A stretch of 64,000 nt of DNA, taken from the NCBI GenBank assembly GCA_963797555.1, contig CAWCPV010000003.1, forward strand, positions 128,001 through 192,000, in the 5' to 3' direction. The notes beneath the pieces were generated by a model, which had not been told where the DNA came from, made no database searches, and saw only the letters and a list, made by a program, of their open reading frames with translations. The first letter of the stretch is position 1. Every line of letters starts with the position of its first letter. Below are positions 9,924 through 18,850 of this stretch, in pieces. The DNA comes from an uncultured Gammaproteobacteria bacterium (GTDB lineage Bacteria; Pseudomonadota; Gammaproteobacteria; CAWCPV01). The position numbers and the translations under genes were made by a program.

Positions 9924-10461
9924 GTCTGACGGCAGCAAGCGCGTAGAGCCGGCCAACGTATCGGACCACATCGTCAAGAGACTCTTCAAGAGCGCTGCGA
10001 CTCGTCGCATCAATTGACTGCCAGGCATGAATCCCTCCCTCGCTCCCAAACTGACCGGCAAAATTGATCTTTCCGTGTTCGCCAACGCTCACAGAAAACA
10101 TCCGAGTGGTGTCGACCGACCAACTTATGCAGATCTCCCCGTCGAATTCGGGTATCAGATCCGGCGCTGGTGTGCCTTTCGGGAGCAAAGCGAACAAAGT
10201 CGCGGCGATTCTTGCCGCAAGATTTATCGTGTGGTCCGTGACAGGAACCGCTCCACCACTGTCCCAGTCGGCATTGCGGCACTCATTGCCTATGCCACCC
10301 AACGCTGCCTCAATAGTCGGGAGCCAATCCGATGCGCTTCTACTCAGGTAGTTTCGTTCCTTTTCCCATGAGCGCTGAATCGCGCGGCTACCGTCGCTGA
10401 CGGGCTCATAGTCGTCGTTATCGATTAGATGCAAACCCTGCATCGCGATCGCAGTGCTCAT
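9913..10461 (-). CDS. Hypothetical protein
   Basis: 182-aa ORF with an ATGA overlap with the upstream gene; contains ADWDSGGAVP...PDLIPEFDGEICISW. Confidence 0.7.
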   Translation of the reverse strand: MSTAIAMQGLHLIDNDDYEPVSDGSRAIQRSWEKERNYLSRSASDWLPTIEAALGGIGNECRNADWDSGGAVPVTDHTINLAARIAATLFALLPKGTPAPDLIPEFDGEICISWSVDTTRMFSVSVGEHGKINFAGQFGSEGGIHAWQSIDATSRSALEESLDDVVRYVGRLYALAAVRRAA

Positions 10462-11207
10462 TCGTACAACTCGGCTGACGCCTCAGTGATGCTGCTGAAG
10501 AAGGTACGATTTTTCAGTTCCCGCAGGCGTTCAAGAATTTTCCACAGCCGTCCGTCCGTTGAAACCAAATCAGTCACCATGAATGCATCAACATCCAGAA
10601 TTACCGGCGCCGGCCCCGTCGGTGGAGTCGTCTCGAGCGCCAACGTTAAATTCACACGGGCGGTGCTTTCGACTTCGACCAACTGGAATCGCTGAAAAAA
10701 CGATGCCACAGCCTGTGGAGCTTCGTCTGGAACATCCACCAGCTTGCGAAGATAAGTCTGGTACGAGCCCCCCTGCCGCAAGGGGAGTTGAAGATTGTTG
10801 ATGAAACGCGTGGCGACCCGAGTCACACGCACCGGCCCGAGTCGCTCCGCGTAGACCGCCCAGACGCGCCTTGTCTCTTCGACCAATCTGCTCCACTCCT
10901 CGTACGGCGGCAGTCGACTCAGCGTGAACCCCGAAAGCCGGCACTGGGCGACGTACTTTTCATCCAACGAATGTAACCGCAACCCCACCTGCGCGGACTC
11001 GGCGGTGCTCTCCGGCTGCTGCCCGTCGGATGTCAGCTTAAAACCGAAAAAGCCCTGCGAAATCGGATTCTTCAGGTAGTAGCCGAAATCCGGCGTGCCA
11101 AATGCTTCCTTCAGTCCAGCAAAGGTGAGGTCGTGGCGTGGGACCACGTGAATATCGATCAGCGCTTCCGTGATCGGTGCATTCGGCAGATGTCGCTGCC
11201 TAGCCAT
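10458..11207 (-). CDS. TIGR04255-family protein
   Basis: Family pattern LPNAPITEALIDI...LPPYEEW...RVATRFIN...ILDVD...LRELKNRTFF. Confidence 0.8.
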   Translation of the reverse strand: MARQRHLPNAPITEALIDIHVVPRHDLTFAGLKEAFGTPDFGYYLKNPISQGFFGFKLTSDGQQPESTAESAQVGLRLHSLDEKYVAQCRLSGFTLSRLPPYEEWSRLVEETRRVWAVYAERLGPVRVTRVATRFINNLQLPLRQGGSYQTYLRKLVDVPDEAPQAVASFFQRFQLVEVESTARVNLTLALETTPPTGPAPVILDVDAFMVTDLVSTDGRLWKILERLRELKNRTFFSSITEASAELYE

Positions 11208-11308
11208 GACTTGACCGGCTGGGCCGGCTCCAGCGTCTGAGATTGCGACACCAATTTACCGCAGTCCGCCTCGGTGTCCGGTGAGGAACTGGGGAGAGAT
11301 CCACTACG

Positions 11309-14300
11309 TTAAACACGAAACACCTTCATCACCTCATCCCCCAGGTGATTGATGACCTTCACCGCGATCCGCCCCGACTTCGGCTTGTCGAAGGGCCGGG
11401 AAGTGTCGCTGTTGAGCGTGGCCCAGGCGTCTTCGTTGATCTCGGCTTTGAGGGTGGTCTTGAGCGCCTTGTAGGGGTCGTTGGCGCCGAGGAAGTAGGC
11501 GTGGCGGACGAAGAAGGCTTCCATGTTGTAGTCGGTGTCGATGAACCAGCAGGCGATGCCTTCGGCACCGTCGCTGCGGACTTCGCCGGTGTTGGGGTGG
11601 AAGACGTCCACGCCGTGGACGGTGACCTGTGACTTGTGGTCTGTGGTCAGTGAAAGCGGGAAATCTGCGGCGCTCAGGCTCTGGAGCGCAGCGAGCGTTT
11701 GAGTCCGTTGAGCATTCGACCAACGTCCGCCGCCTGAGCCTGTAACAGGGCAATTTTTTCCTGTGTGACCATCCCGAGTCTTTCCGCCAGTATCAAAAAC
11801 GTCTCTGTCTCCGCCAGAGAGCCGCTGGCGATCCCCAGGAACTGGAGAAACTCCCCTGTTCCCGACCGTTCCGCTCCCTCCGCGATATTCGCTGCTATCG
11901 ATACTGCCGCCCGCCTGATCTGGCTGGTCAGACCGTATTTCTCTTCCGGCGGGAACTGAGCAGAGACGCGATAGACCCTCTCGGCCAGCTCGATTGATTT
12001 CTTCCAAACTTCCAAGTCCTGATAGCTCTTTAACGTACTCATAATTCGCAACCATCCCGCCGTTTCTAGCCACTAACCACTGCCCACTGGTCACCGTAAT
12101 GTCCGGCTCGCCGAAGATGACGAAGAGGTTGCCCTTGCCGGTGTTCTTGAGGTCGTCGGCCATGTGCAGGTCGGCGTTCATGCGCGCCTTGAGCACGGGG
12201 ATGCGGCCGAGGTTCTTGAAGTCCGAGGAATGCGCGTCGTAGTTGAAGGCGCAGGCGATGAGCACGTCGAAGCCGGCATCGCCGGCCTCGCGGGCAGCGG
12301 CGACCAGATCGGGGCGCGAGACGGTGCCGAACTCGGGGCCGATGAAGATTCCAGCACGGTATCCCGAGCGGGAATCGGTGGCCTGTGACCCGTGGTCGGT
12401 GCTGGAATCAGTGGCTAGTGACTTGTGGTCGGTGGCTTGTCTTTCTCCGCTAACCACTGGCCACTGGTCACTGACCACTGTCCCAGCGGTGGTCTGTGGC
12501 CCGTGGTCAGTGGCTTGTATTGGTTTTTCCCTAATCACCGACCACTGGTCACTGGCCACTGTCCCAACGGCGCAGACCAGCTCGCCCGGCCAGGGGGTGA
12601 GCGAGGTGAAGCTGATCTTGTCGTCCTTGTGCGCTTGCTGTACGCCCGCGGTCTTGAGATTCTCCAGGATGATCTGCACAAAGTCGCGCTCCTGGCCGTA
12701 ACCCTCCGTGGGCTCGGCCGCGGTGTCGATCAGCTCGTCGTTCTCGTCCACCGCCAGCACGCGGTGCGGCGACAGGCTCTCGACGGTGAACGGCCCGGCG
12801 ACGCGGACGATTCTCTTGTCCTCATACGGCTTGTCGTAGAGGTACTCGAACCCGGCCTTGGCGGCGATGGAGGCGTCGATCTCTTTCTGTCGCGCAATCC
12901 TCGCGCTCCAGAAAGCAGTGATCAGTGACTGAGTGGCTTGTGGCCAGTTAGTGGGACGTTCGCGCGGGATTTCCCATTCTTCCAGGGTTCTTTTCTGACC
13001 ACCGGCCACGGACAACTGATCACGGAGCGATGCGAGCGTTAGCTCGTAACGCTCCCAGATGACGTTGATCTCGGCGTTGTTGGCAATGGATTTTAGGGTG
13101 ATGTGCGGCACGCGCTCGTAGACGAAGCCCTGTCTCAGTGACTCGTGGCCAGTGACTTGCGGTTTGCTTTTCAGGTCACTAGCCACTGACCACCGACCAC
13201 TGATTTCCGCTTCCTTGATCTGCCCCTCGCGGCTGTCGGCGAGCAGGTAGTAGGGGTAGCGCGCGCCCATGATGCGCGCACGGGCCAGGGCGAGGGCGAC
13301 GCGGGAGGTGTCGATGGTGATCCAGCGGCGGCCCCATTGCTCGGCGACGTAGGCGGTGGTGCCGGAGCCGCACGTGGGGTCGAGGACGAGGTCGCCGGGG
13401 TCGGTGGCCATAAGCAGGCACCGTTGGACGACCTTTTCGGATGTTTCCACAACGTATCGCTTCTCCGAGGCGAAGCCCGCAATCCCGGTGTCGCTCCATA
13501 CGTTGTCCTCAGGGAATGCCGCGAAATCATCGAAGTAGCGAACGTAGTAGAGCCCCTTGCCGGTAGAGCTCAGCCGCCCGGCTAGCCGTAGGCGGGACAT
13601 TCCAAGCTCATTTGTCTTCCAGCGCACCTTCTCAGACGGTCGTAGCGTTTGGCCCTCAAACTGTACTGGGAACCAAGATGCAGCACCCTCGCCCTTATCG
13701 CGCCCGACGCTCTGGCTCGTAAGATTATCGATTCGAAACACACGAGCCCCGCTGGGAAGTAGTGACGTCCCCGCCAGTTCCTCTGGCGAAATGCTTCGTT
13801 CAGACAAGTCTGACAGACGAACGCGCTTGTACGCGCTGCCTCCGATGCCCCCAATCTGCTTCAGCATGAGCGGCTGGTGATATTTCAGCCGGTCCCGCTG
13901 CCTTGCATAGAACAGAAGGAACGTCATAGGTGCCGGCAAGGTACTCCGATGTAGCACTAGCCGTCTTCGCAAAAATTATTTGAGACACAAAACTTTCAGA
14001 ACCAAACACTTCGTCCAGCAAACTGCGCAGCACGTGTGAGTTCTCTTCGCCAATCTGCACGAATATCGATCCGGAATCCGCCAACAAATCCCTTGCCACT
14101 GTCAGCCGATCCCGCAGATAGGTCAGGTACGAGTGAATCCCATCCCGCCAGGTATCCCGAAACGCCTTGACCTGCTCCGGCTCGCGCGTGATGTGGTCGG
14201 GGTTGCCGTCCTTCACGTCGCGGCTGGTGGTGGACCACTGGAAGTTGGAGTTGAATTTGATGCCGTAGGGCGGATCGATATAGATGCACTGCACCTTGCC

Positions 14301-14813
14301 GCGCAGCCCTTCGCGCTCGGCCAAACTGGCCATCACTTGCAGGCTGTCGCCGAGGATCATGCGGTTGGACCAGTTCTGGTCGTGGCGGTAGAACTCGGTC
14401 CTGTCCACGCCCTCGGGGATGCCGTTGAAGTCCGCGAACAAGTCGAGCTGGCGCTCGACAGTGGCTAGTGGCTCGTGGTCAGTGGCCTGTTTTCCACTAG
14501 CCACTGCCCACTGCCCACTGGCCACTGATTGACGACGCAAGTCGTCAATCAAGACCTTCGGTTGGATCTTCTCCTGGATGTAGAGCGGCGGGGCCTGAAC
14601 GACGAGGTCGGACCAGTCCTGCTCGTCCTTGCCGCGCCAGACCAGTTGCGGGTCCAGGTCCCGGTTGCGGCGCTCGTAGGCGACGCGGATGGGGTCTTGC
14701 TCCTCCTTCCGCATCACCGACTGGTATTCGGCGGTGGGGATGTTCTTGCGCGTGGCTTCGTCGTGCTTGAGGGTCGCGACGGTCTTGCTGGTCGATGTCT
14801 GCCGCTTCGCCAT
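11309..14813 (-). CDS. mod: Type III restriction-modification DNA methyltransferase (Mod), with a +1 frameshift near 13923 and five repeat-derived segments
   Basis: ORF 13800-14813 has YIDPPYG (motif IV). ORF 11309-13972 has VLDPTCGSGTT (motif I) and ends GRIAVKVINHLGDEVMKVF. Removing one base at TATGAC(G)TTCCTT joins the two frames. Confidence 0.88.
11619..12097. mobile_element. IVS-like element: heptamer-repeat inverted arms enclosing the four-helix-bundle gene
   Basis: Perfect terminal inverted repeat ACGGTGACC (11619-11627) / GGTCACCGT (12089-12097), extended inward to ~32 bp by 7-nt-periodic imperfect pairing. Confidence 0.7.
11674..12042 (-). CDS. Four-helix-bundle protein (23S rRNA intervening-sequence protein / Avd-like) nested inside mod in another frame
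   Basis: SYQDLEVWKKSIELAERVY...FPPEEKYGLTSQIRRAAVSIAANIAEG...FLGIASGSLAETET is the characteristic family signature; ATG at 12042. Confidence 0.93.
   Translation of the reverse strand: MSTLKSYQDLEVWKKSIELAERVYRVSAQFPPEEKYGLTSQIRRAAVSIAANIAEGAERSGTGEFLQFLGIASGSLAETETFLILAERLGMVTQEKIALLQAQAADVGRMLNGLKRSLRSRA
12376..12566. repeat. Two tandem heptamer-repeat hairpins plus one unpaired arm, in frame within mod
   Basis: Hairpins at 12408-12480 and 12484-12561; direct repeat CCACTGGTCACTG(A/G)CCACTGTCCCA at 12461 and 12542. Confidence 0.9.
12918..13023. repeat. Heptamer-repeat inverted arms bracketing the EWEIPRE codons of mod
   Basis: GTGATCAGT (12918-12926) / ACTGATCAC (13015-13023) with GTGG/CCAC units inside. 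Confidence 0.8.
13135..13203. repeat. Heptamer-repeat hairpin within mod
   Basis: TCAGTGACTCGTGGCCAGTGAC...GTCACTAGCCACTGACCACCGACCACTGA. Confidence 0.88.
14459..14527. repeat. Heptamer-repeat hairpin within mod
   Basis: CAGTGGCTAGTGGCTCGTGGTCAGTGG-loop-CCACTAGCCACTGCCCACTGCCCACTGGCCACTG. Confidence 0.9.
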
Positions 14814-14833
14814 GTCGCTCCGGGTTCTCCCGA

Positions 14834-14869
14834 TGTCGGGTTACGGCCTGACGGCCTAGCCCGACCTAC
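14834..14869 (-). repeat. GTAG-type REP-like palindrome
   Basis: Minus strand reads GTAGGTCGGGCTAGGCCGTCAGGCCGTAACCCGACA, a GTAG tetramer followed by a hairpin, between genes. Confidence 0.65.
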
Positions 14870-15129
14870 TTCTTCTCCCGATAGACTTCACCGCGGCGGC
14901 CTACCTTGACGGTCCCCACCAGCAGTTCAGCATCCGAGACGCTGTAAAGAACGCGGTAGTTGCCCTGCCGCACACGGTAACGCTCCTGCGCGGAGAGCTG
15001 TTCGCTTCCGAGCGGACGCGGATCGTCGCGCAAGCTTTCGATACACGCGAGGATGCGCCGCGCATCCGCGCGGGGAATGCCGCGCAGGTCCTTGGCCACC
15101 GATGGCTTGACCCGCAGATCATAGCGTAC
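14866..15129 (-). pseudogene. RelE/ParE toxin lacking its start codon and antitoxin
   Basis: YDLRVKPSVAKDLRGIP...DDPRP...YRVRQGNYRVLYSV...VKVGRRGEVYR; joined directly to the res remnant. Confidence 0.8.
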
Positions 15130-15241
15130 GGCGTTCGATGATCCGCTGGGTCGGCTGGCCCTGCTCGTCGAGCTCCCAGTAACGAGCCGGATACTCGTAA
15201 GGAGAGTTGAGGATGGGCTGTTCGAAGAACTTGTTGTCCAT
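15119..15241 (-). pseudogene. res: N-terminal ~38 codons of a Type III restriction endonuclease (Res)
   Basis: MDNKFFEQPILNSPYEYPARYWELDEQGQPTQRIIERR is the typical N-terminus of the Res partners of this Mod family. It stops abruptly. Confidence 0.75.
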
Positions 15242-15458
15242 GTGTGGTATTTCTCTGATGGGCCGTACTGTCCCCAGCCCAAAGAGAAGGAGGTCACCCT
15301 TAGCCTTCCGTTCTTCTGTTCCGCGAGCGTACGAGATGGATCTCGGCAAGACCGTCTTAGGCCGCGTCGCCGGCTGCACAGCATCGAGTATGCTGGTAAT
15401 TACGCTCCCGCAAATCGGGCTTCGGCCCTTCTACCACCTCGCGCTTCACCCTTCCCCG

Positions 15459-15880
15459 TCACTCTTTGAACGGGTTCTCGATGATCAGTCCGTCGATCCG
15501 CTGGCCATGCTGCAGGTCTTCGCTGTAGAGCCGGGTACATCCGGCGTCGAGGGCGGCGGCGATGATCAGGGCGTCGTAGAAACCGTAGCGGTAGCGCGCC
15601 TGGATATCGAGGGCGCGGTGATAAAGCCCCTGGCTGGGCCATGATGCGCCACAACGGCACGAGCACTTGGTCCATGAAACGCCGCGCGTCTTCCGGGGTT
15701 GCCGGCGTTTCGAGCTTGCGGGTGATGACATGAGGGTTTCCTGAATCACCTGGAAGCTGATACCGGCTGTACCGGTTTCCAGCGCCGAGTAGATCAGTTG
15801 TTCTGAGGTCTGGCGTTGCGGGGGTCGGTCTCGTCGAACAGGTAGAGGAAGACGTTGGAGTCGATGAACTCACCGCTCAT
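15459..15880 (-). pseudogene. PIN-domain toxin, frameshifted
   Basis: Three frames together give EFIDSNVFLYLFD...VIQETL...FYDALIIAAALDAGCTRLYSEDLQHGQ...NPF. Confidence 0.8.
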
Positions 15881-16094
15881 TCATCTCGTCCCGAGTAAAC
15901 TTGCGCCCACCCGTGCGTACATAGTCCCGCAGGCGCTCCACCACGGCCATCGCCTCATCGGCCCGCTGCTTGCGCTGGCCGTAATCGGCGAGCCAGCGCC
16001 GGAACTGCTCGTTGAGCGTGGTATGCTCGGCGCGCGCGCGCTTGCGGGCCGCCTCGATGAGCTTCTCGTCGGCGCTCAGCGTGATGTTTTTCAT
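15870..16094 (-). CDS. Antitoxin (RHH-like) partner of the PIN toxin
   Basis: MKNITLSADEKLIEAAR...TTLNEQFRRWL...GRKFTRDEMNER; overlaps the toxin start. Confidence 0.8.
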   Translation of the reverse strand: MKNITLSADEKLIEAARKRARAEHTTLNEQFRRWLADYGQRKQRADEAMAVVERLRDYVRTGGRKFTRDEMNER

Positions 16095-16474
16095 GGCTCG
16101 GACCTCTCGGTGAATTCGAACACGAGCGCAGTGTACACGATTGCCGCGTGCACTCAGCGCGGGGTGCCTCGTTCTCGACCCAGGCGGCGATCATGGGGGT
16201 GCGACTCAGCCTCGATCCGATAGGCTTCGGCGATCTCAGCGCAAGCCCAGCCGCCGTGATAGCGCAGGTTGCTCACGCCCGGCACCCAGTAGGTCTCCAT
16301 AGTGGCCTGCTTCTGTCGCTTCTCCTCGTATCCAGAGAAATCGAGCCATGAATTGCGGGTGACGGCTGCTTTGGGAACGCGGGGCAGGCGGCATCACGCC
16401 ACATCATGCGGCCGCGCGGGATCGGGCGGCACCCCCAGAGGGCGACGACCGCTGAGCGCAGGCCCCCTTCGTCT

Positions 16475-16960
16475 CTACGACTGGACCACCAGGGAGGTGA
16501 GACTTGCCCGGCAGGGCCTGCCACCCTTATCAGGCTTGATCCACAGGCGCAGATGGGTCACCGGCTCCGCGCTGACGGACCATTCTTCTCGCTCGAAAGC
16601 CGTATCGGGCGGGCTGAAGTTGTATTCCTGGCGGACCAGCTCGCGATAAGTTTGTCCGCCATCGTGGGAGATGGACAGTTGGAGCTCCTGCGTGCGGCTG
16701 GTTTCCCGCTCTTCGATTTCCAAGCCGACGTGATGAATTGTCTGCGGGGTATCGAACGCCAGGACCAGTGTCTGCTCCCCGGGCTCCGCTGCGGACCAGC
16801 GAGTTCCTCCCCGCCCCCGCCGCAGGTCGAACGCGTTTTCGATAGGATGATCTGCGTCCTCCGAGGTGACTAATGCCGTAGCGACCGCAGCGATGTCCAG
16901 TTCGCCTGGCCGCGGAACCGTTTCGCCGGGACTTTCCTTTCCGAGGATCTTCTTGCGCAT
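16475..16960 (-). CDS. Galactose-binding-domain-like (putative carbohydrate-binding) protein
   Basis: TSEDADHPIENAFD...RWSAAEPGEQTL...RQEYNFSP discoidin-like pattern; preceded by a GGAGG RBS. Confidence 0.65.
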   Translation of the reverse strand: MRKKILGKESPGETVPRPGELDIAAVATALVTSEDADHPIENAFDLRRGRGGTRWSAAEPGEQTLVLAFDTPQTIHHVGLEIEERETSRTQELQLSISHDGGQTYRELVRQEYNFSPPDTAFEREEWSVSAEPVTHLRLWIKPDKGGRPCRASLTSLVVQS

Positions 16961-17062
16961 GGTGCCTCCGGATTGCGTGAGTGCGGGTTACGGCTCATTG
17001 TAGGCGCATTCAAGCGCTAGCGGGGAAGGCCCAAAACGCCGCCCCACGCTCATGCGCATCTT

Positions 17063-17152
17063 GTCATTCCGGACTGGGTGTTGGAATCCAGGGGCAAGGA
17101 CGCGATCCATGCCTCCGTGGCCTCTGGATTCCAGCTTCCCCCCCGGAATGAC
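17063..17152. repeat. Palindromic intergenic repeat / MITE
   Basis: GTCATTCCGG...GGAATCCAG...CTGGATTCC...CCGGAATGAC nested inverted repeats. Confidence 0.75.
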
Positions 17153-17252
17153 GATCGGAACCAGCGATTATGCAATGGCATGGCGTTCCGCCCGCTCGGC
17201 GGTCCGGCGACGCCCATCGGTCCGGACACCATGCGGGGCCATGCTCTCCCCG

Positions 17253-17870
17253 TCATGTGCGGCTGATATGCGGGTTGCCGGTGAGGTAAAAGCGCAGGGG
17301 CTTCGCGGCCCATTCCTTGGCGTACGCGATACCGATGCGGCGGGTCGTGGTAATGCGATCGGCGGGCACGGCGGGGGAGCGATCGATGAACAAGCGCTCG
17401 GACGTGACCATGTCCTCGCCATCGAGGTCACTGCTGATTGCCATCGCCTCGGTCAACTTAGCCGGCCCGGAGCACAGGTCGCGCGGCTTCAATCGGTCGG
17501 CGGGAATCTTGCCGGCCCGGTGGCGCCGCATCGCGTCGATGCCTTCCAGAGGTTCGAGCGCGCGCAGCAACACGGCGGTCGGCTGGCCGACCGTCTCCGC
17601 TACGACGTTCAGGCAGTGGTGCATGCCATAGGTGAAGTAGACGTACCCGGTACCCCCGTCGCCGTACATCGACTCGTTGCGCTTCGTGCGCCGCCCGCCC
17701 GCGGTGTGAGCCCCCAGGTCCGGCACGCCCAGGTACGCCTCGACCTCCACGATGCGCCCGCTCAGCCGCGTCCCGTCATCCAGCACGCGTACCAGCACCT
17801 GCCCGAGCAGCGCCCGGGCGAGCGTGACCGGGTCGCGACGAAAAAAGCGGCGGGTCAGCCGAGCGTGCAT
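17253..17870 (-). CDS. 3-methyladenine DNA glycosylase (MPG/AAG family)
   Basis: GRIVEVEAYLG, YVYFTYGMHHCLNVV, AVLLRALEP, LCSGPAKL and RIGI motifs. Confidence 0.93.
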   Translation of the reverse strand: MHARLTRRFFRRDPVTLARALLGQVLVRVLDDGTRLSGRIVEVEAYLGVPDLGAHTAGGRRTKRNESMYGDGGTGYVYFTYGMHHCLNVVAETVGQPTAVLLRALEPLEGIDAMRRHRAGKIPADRLKPRDLCSGPAKLTEAMAISSDLDGEDMVTSERLFIDRSPAVPADRITTTRRIGIAYAKEWAAKPLRFYLTGNPHISRT

Positions 17871-18082
17871 GGTCGATCAACTGCCAAGCCCATCCACCCG
17901 GTCCTCAGCACGGGCCGGTAACGCCGCAGCCGGAGCGGCAGCCACGCCGTGTGCCGGCCATTGGCAGGTGATTTCCGTAACCGGCCGTCTCTCGCTGTTG
18001 CGCCCCGCGCCTCGCGCTGGCAGGCGCGCGTAGAGCGGTGCTTTCGCCGACCATCGCGGCTGAGCGGGGTCGGTCTCCGCGG

Positions 18083-18652
18083 CTACTTCGGCTCGAAGCT
18101 GAATTTCTGTCCCCCGACACTCGCCTCGGCCATCAGCCCTGCCTTGGCAAGGGTAAAGACGGCCACGCCTTGGCTGTAATCCGCATTCCGCGACGCACCC
18201 TTCTTGACCGCCACTGCCGAGGCCTGAGCCCCAAGCTCGTAGTTTCCCTTCTTGAAGTCCTCCAGCGCCGGCTTGTCCTTGAAAAAGATGATCTCGCTAT
18301 AGGTTTGGGCGCCCATCTGAAAGCCGATGCTCACCTGGGTCATGCTGGTGAAGCCGATGACACGGGGCGCCATGGCTCGGATAAACCCACGCTGGAACAC
18401 GACACCCTTTCCGTAGGCCCCGCCCATACCCATGCCGGCCTTGCTGACCGTCGGGAACACCGCGTAGCCGTGGGCTGAGTCTAAGAAGGTCTTGAGGTCC
18501 GGGTCGGCCTCCCGGAGGCGGTCGATGGTCGCGAGCGCGTCCTGTTCCCTCTCCTTCTGTTCTTCGGGGTCCCAGCCCGCGAGGGCCGGCGTGACCAGGA
18601 GCAGGGTGAGCTGCACGGCGATAAGGGTGGGATACAAGACGCGTGGCATCAT
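18083..18652 (-). CDS. Exported SYLF/Ysc84 lipid-binding domain protein
   Basis: Signal peptide; GYAVFPTVSKAGMGMGGAYGKG...SIGFQMGAQ...GLMAEASVGGQKFSF. Confidence 0.85.
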   Translation of the reverse strand: MMPRVLYPTLIAVQLTLLLVTPALAGWDPEEQKEREQDALATIDRLREADPDLKTFLDSAHGYAVFPTVSKAGMGMGGAYGKGVVFQRGFIRAMAPRVIGFTSMTQVSIGFQMGAQTYSEIIFFKDKPALEDFKKGNYELGAQASAVAVKKGASRNADYSQGVAVFTLAKAGLMAEASVGGQKFSFEPK

Positions 18653-18850
18653 TCGGACCTCCGGGAATCCTTGTCGTAGAGATTAGGGACTGGTACCTGC
18701 GGGCTTGGACAGGCGATGCGGCCGGTGGCATCCCAGCGACACTTCACACGCAGAAGACCGCCGCTGCGTCCGAGACGCGCGGGCATTTTCCCCCACTGCG
18801 CGGGGCCGCGGCAATCCATGTCCCGCTGCTCCGAAGACCGCTGTCGTGGC

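Noticed and set aside
11674-12042. Diversity-generating retroelement (Avd-like gene)
   Set aside because: No reverse transcriptase gene and no template/variable repeat pair differing at adenines were seen in the window.
12376-12566. CRISPR array interpretation of the repeats in mod
   Set aside because: The units are 7-nt periodic inverted arrays inside a coding frame, not identical 23-47-nt repeats with regular spacers, and no cas genes are present.
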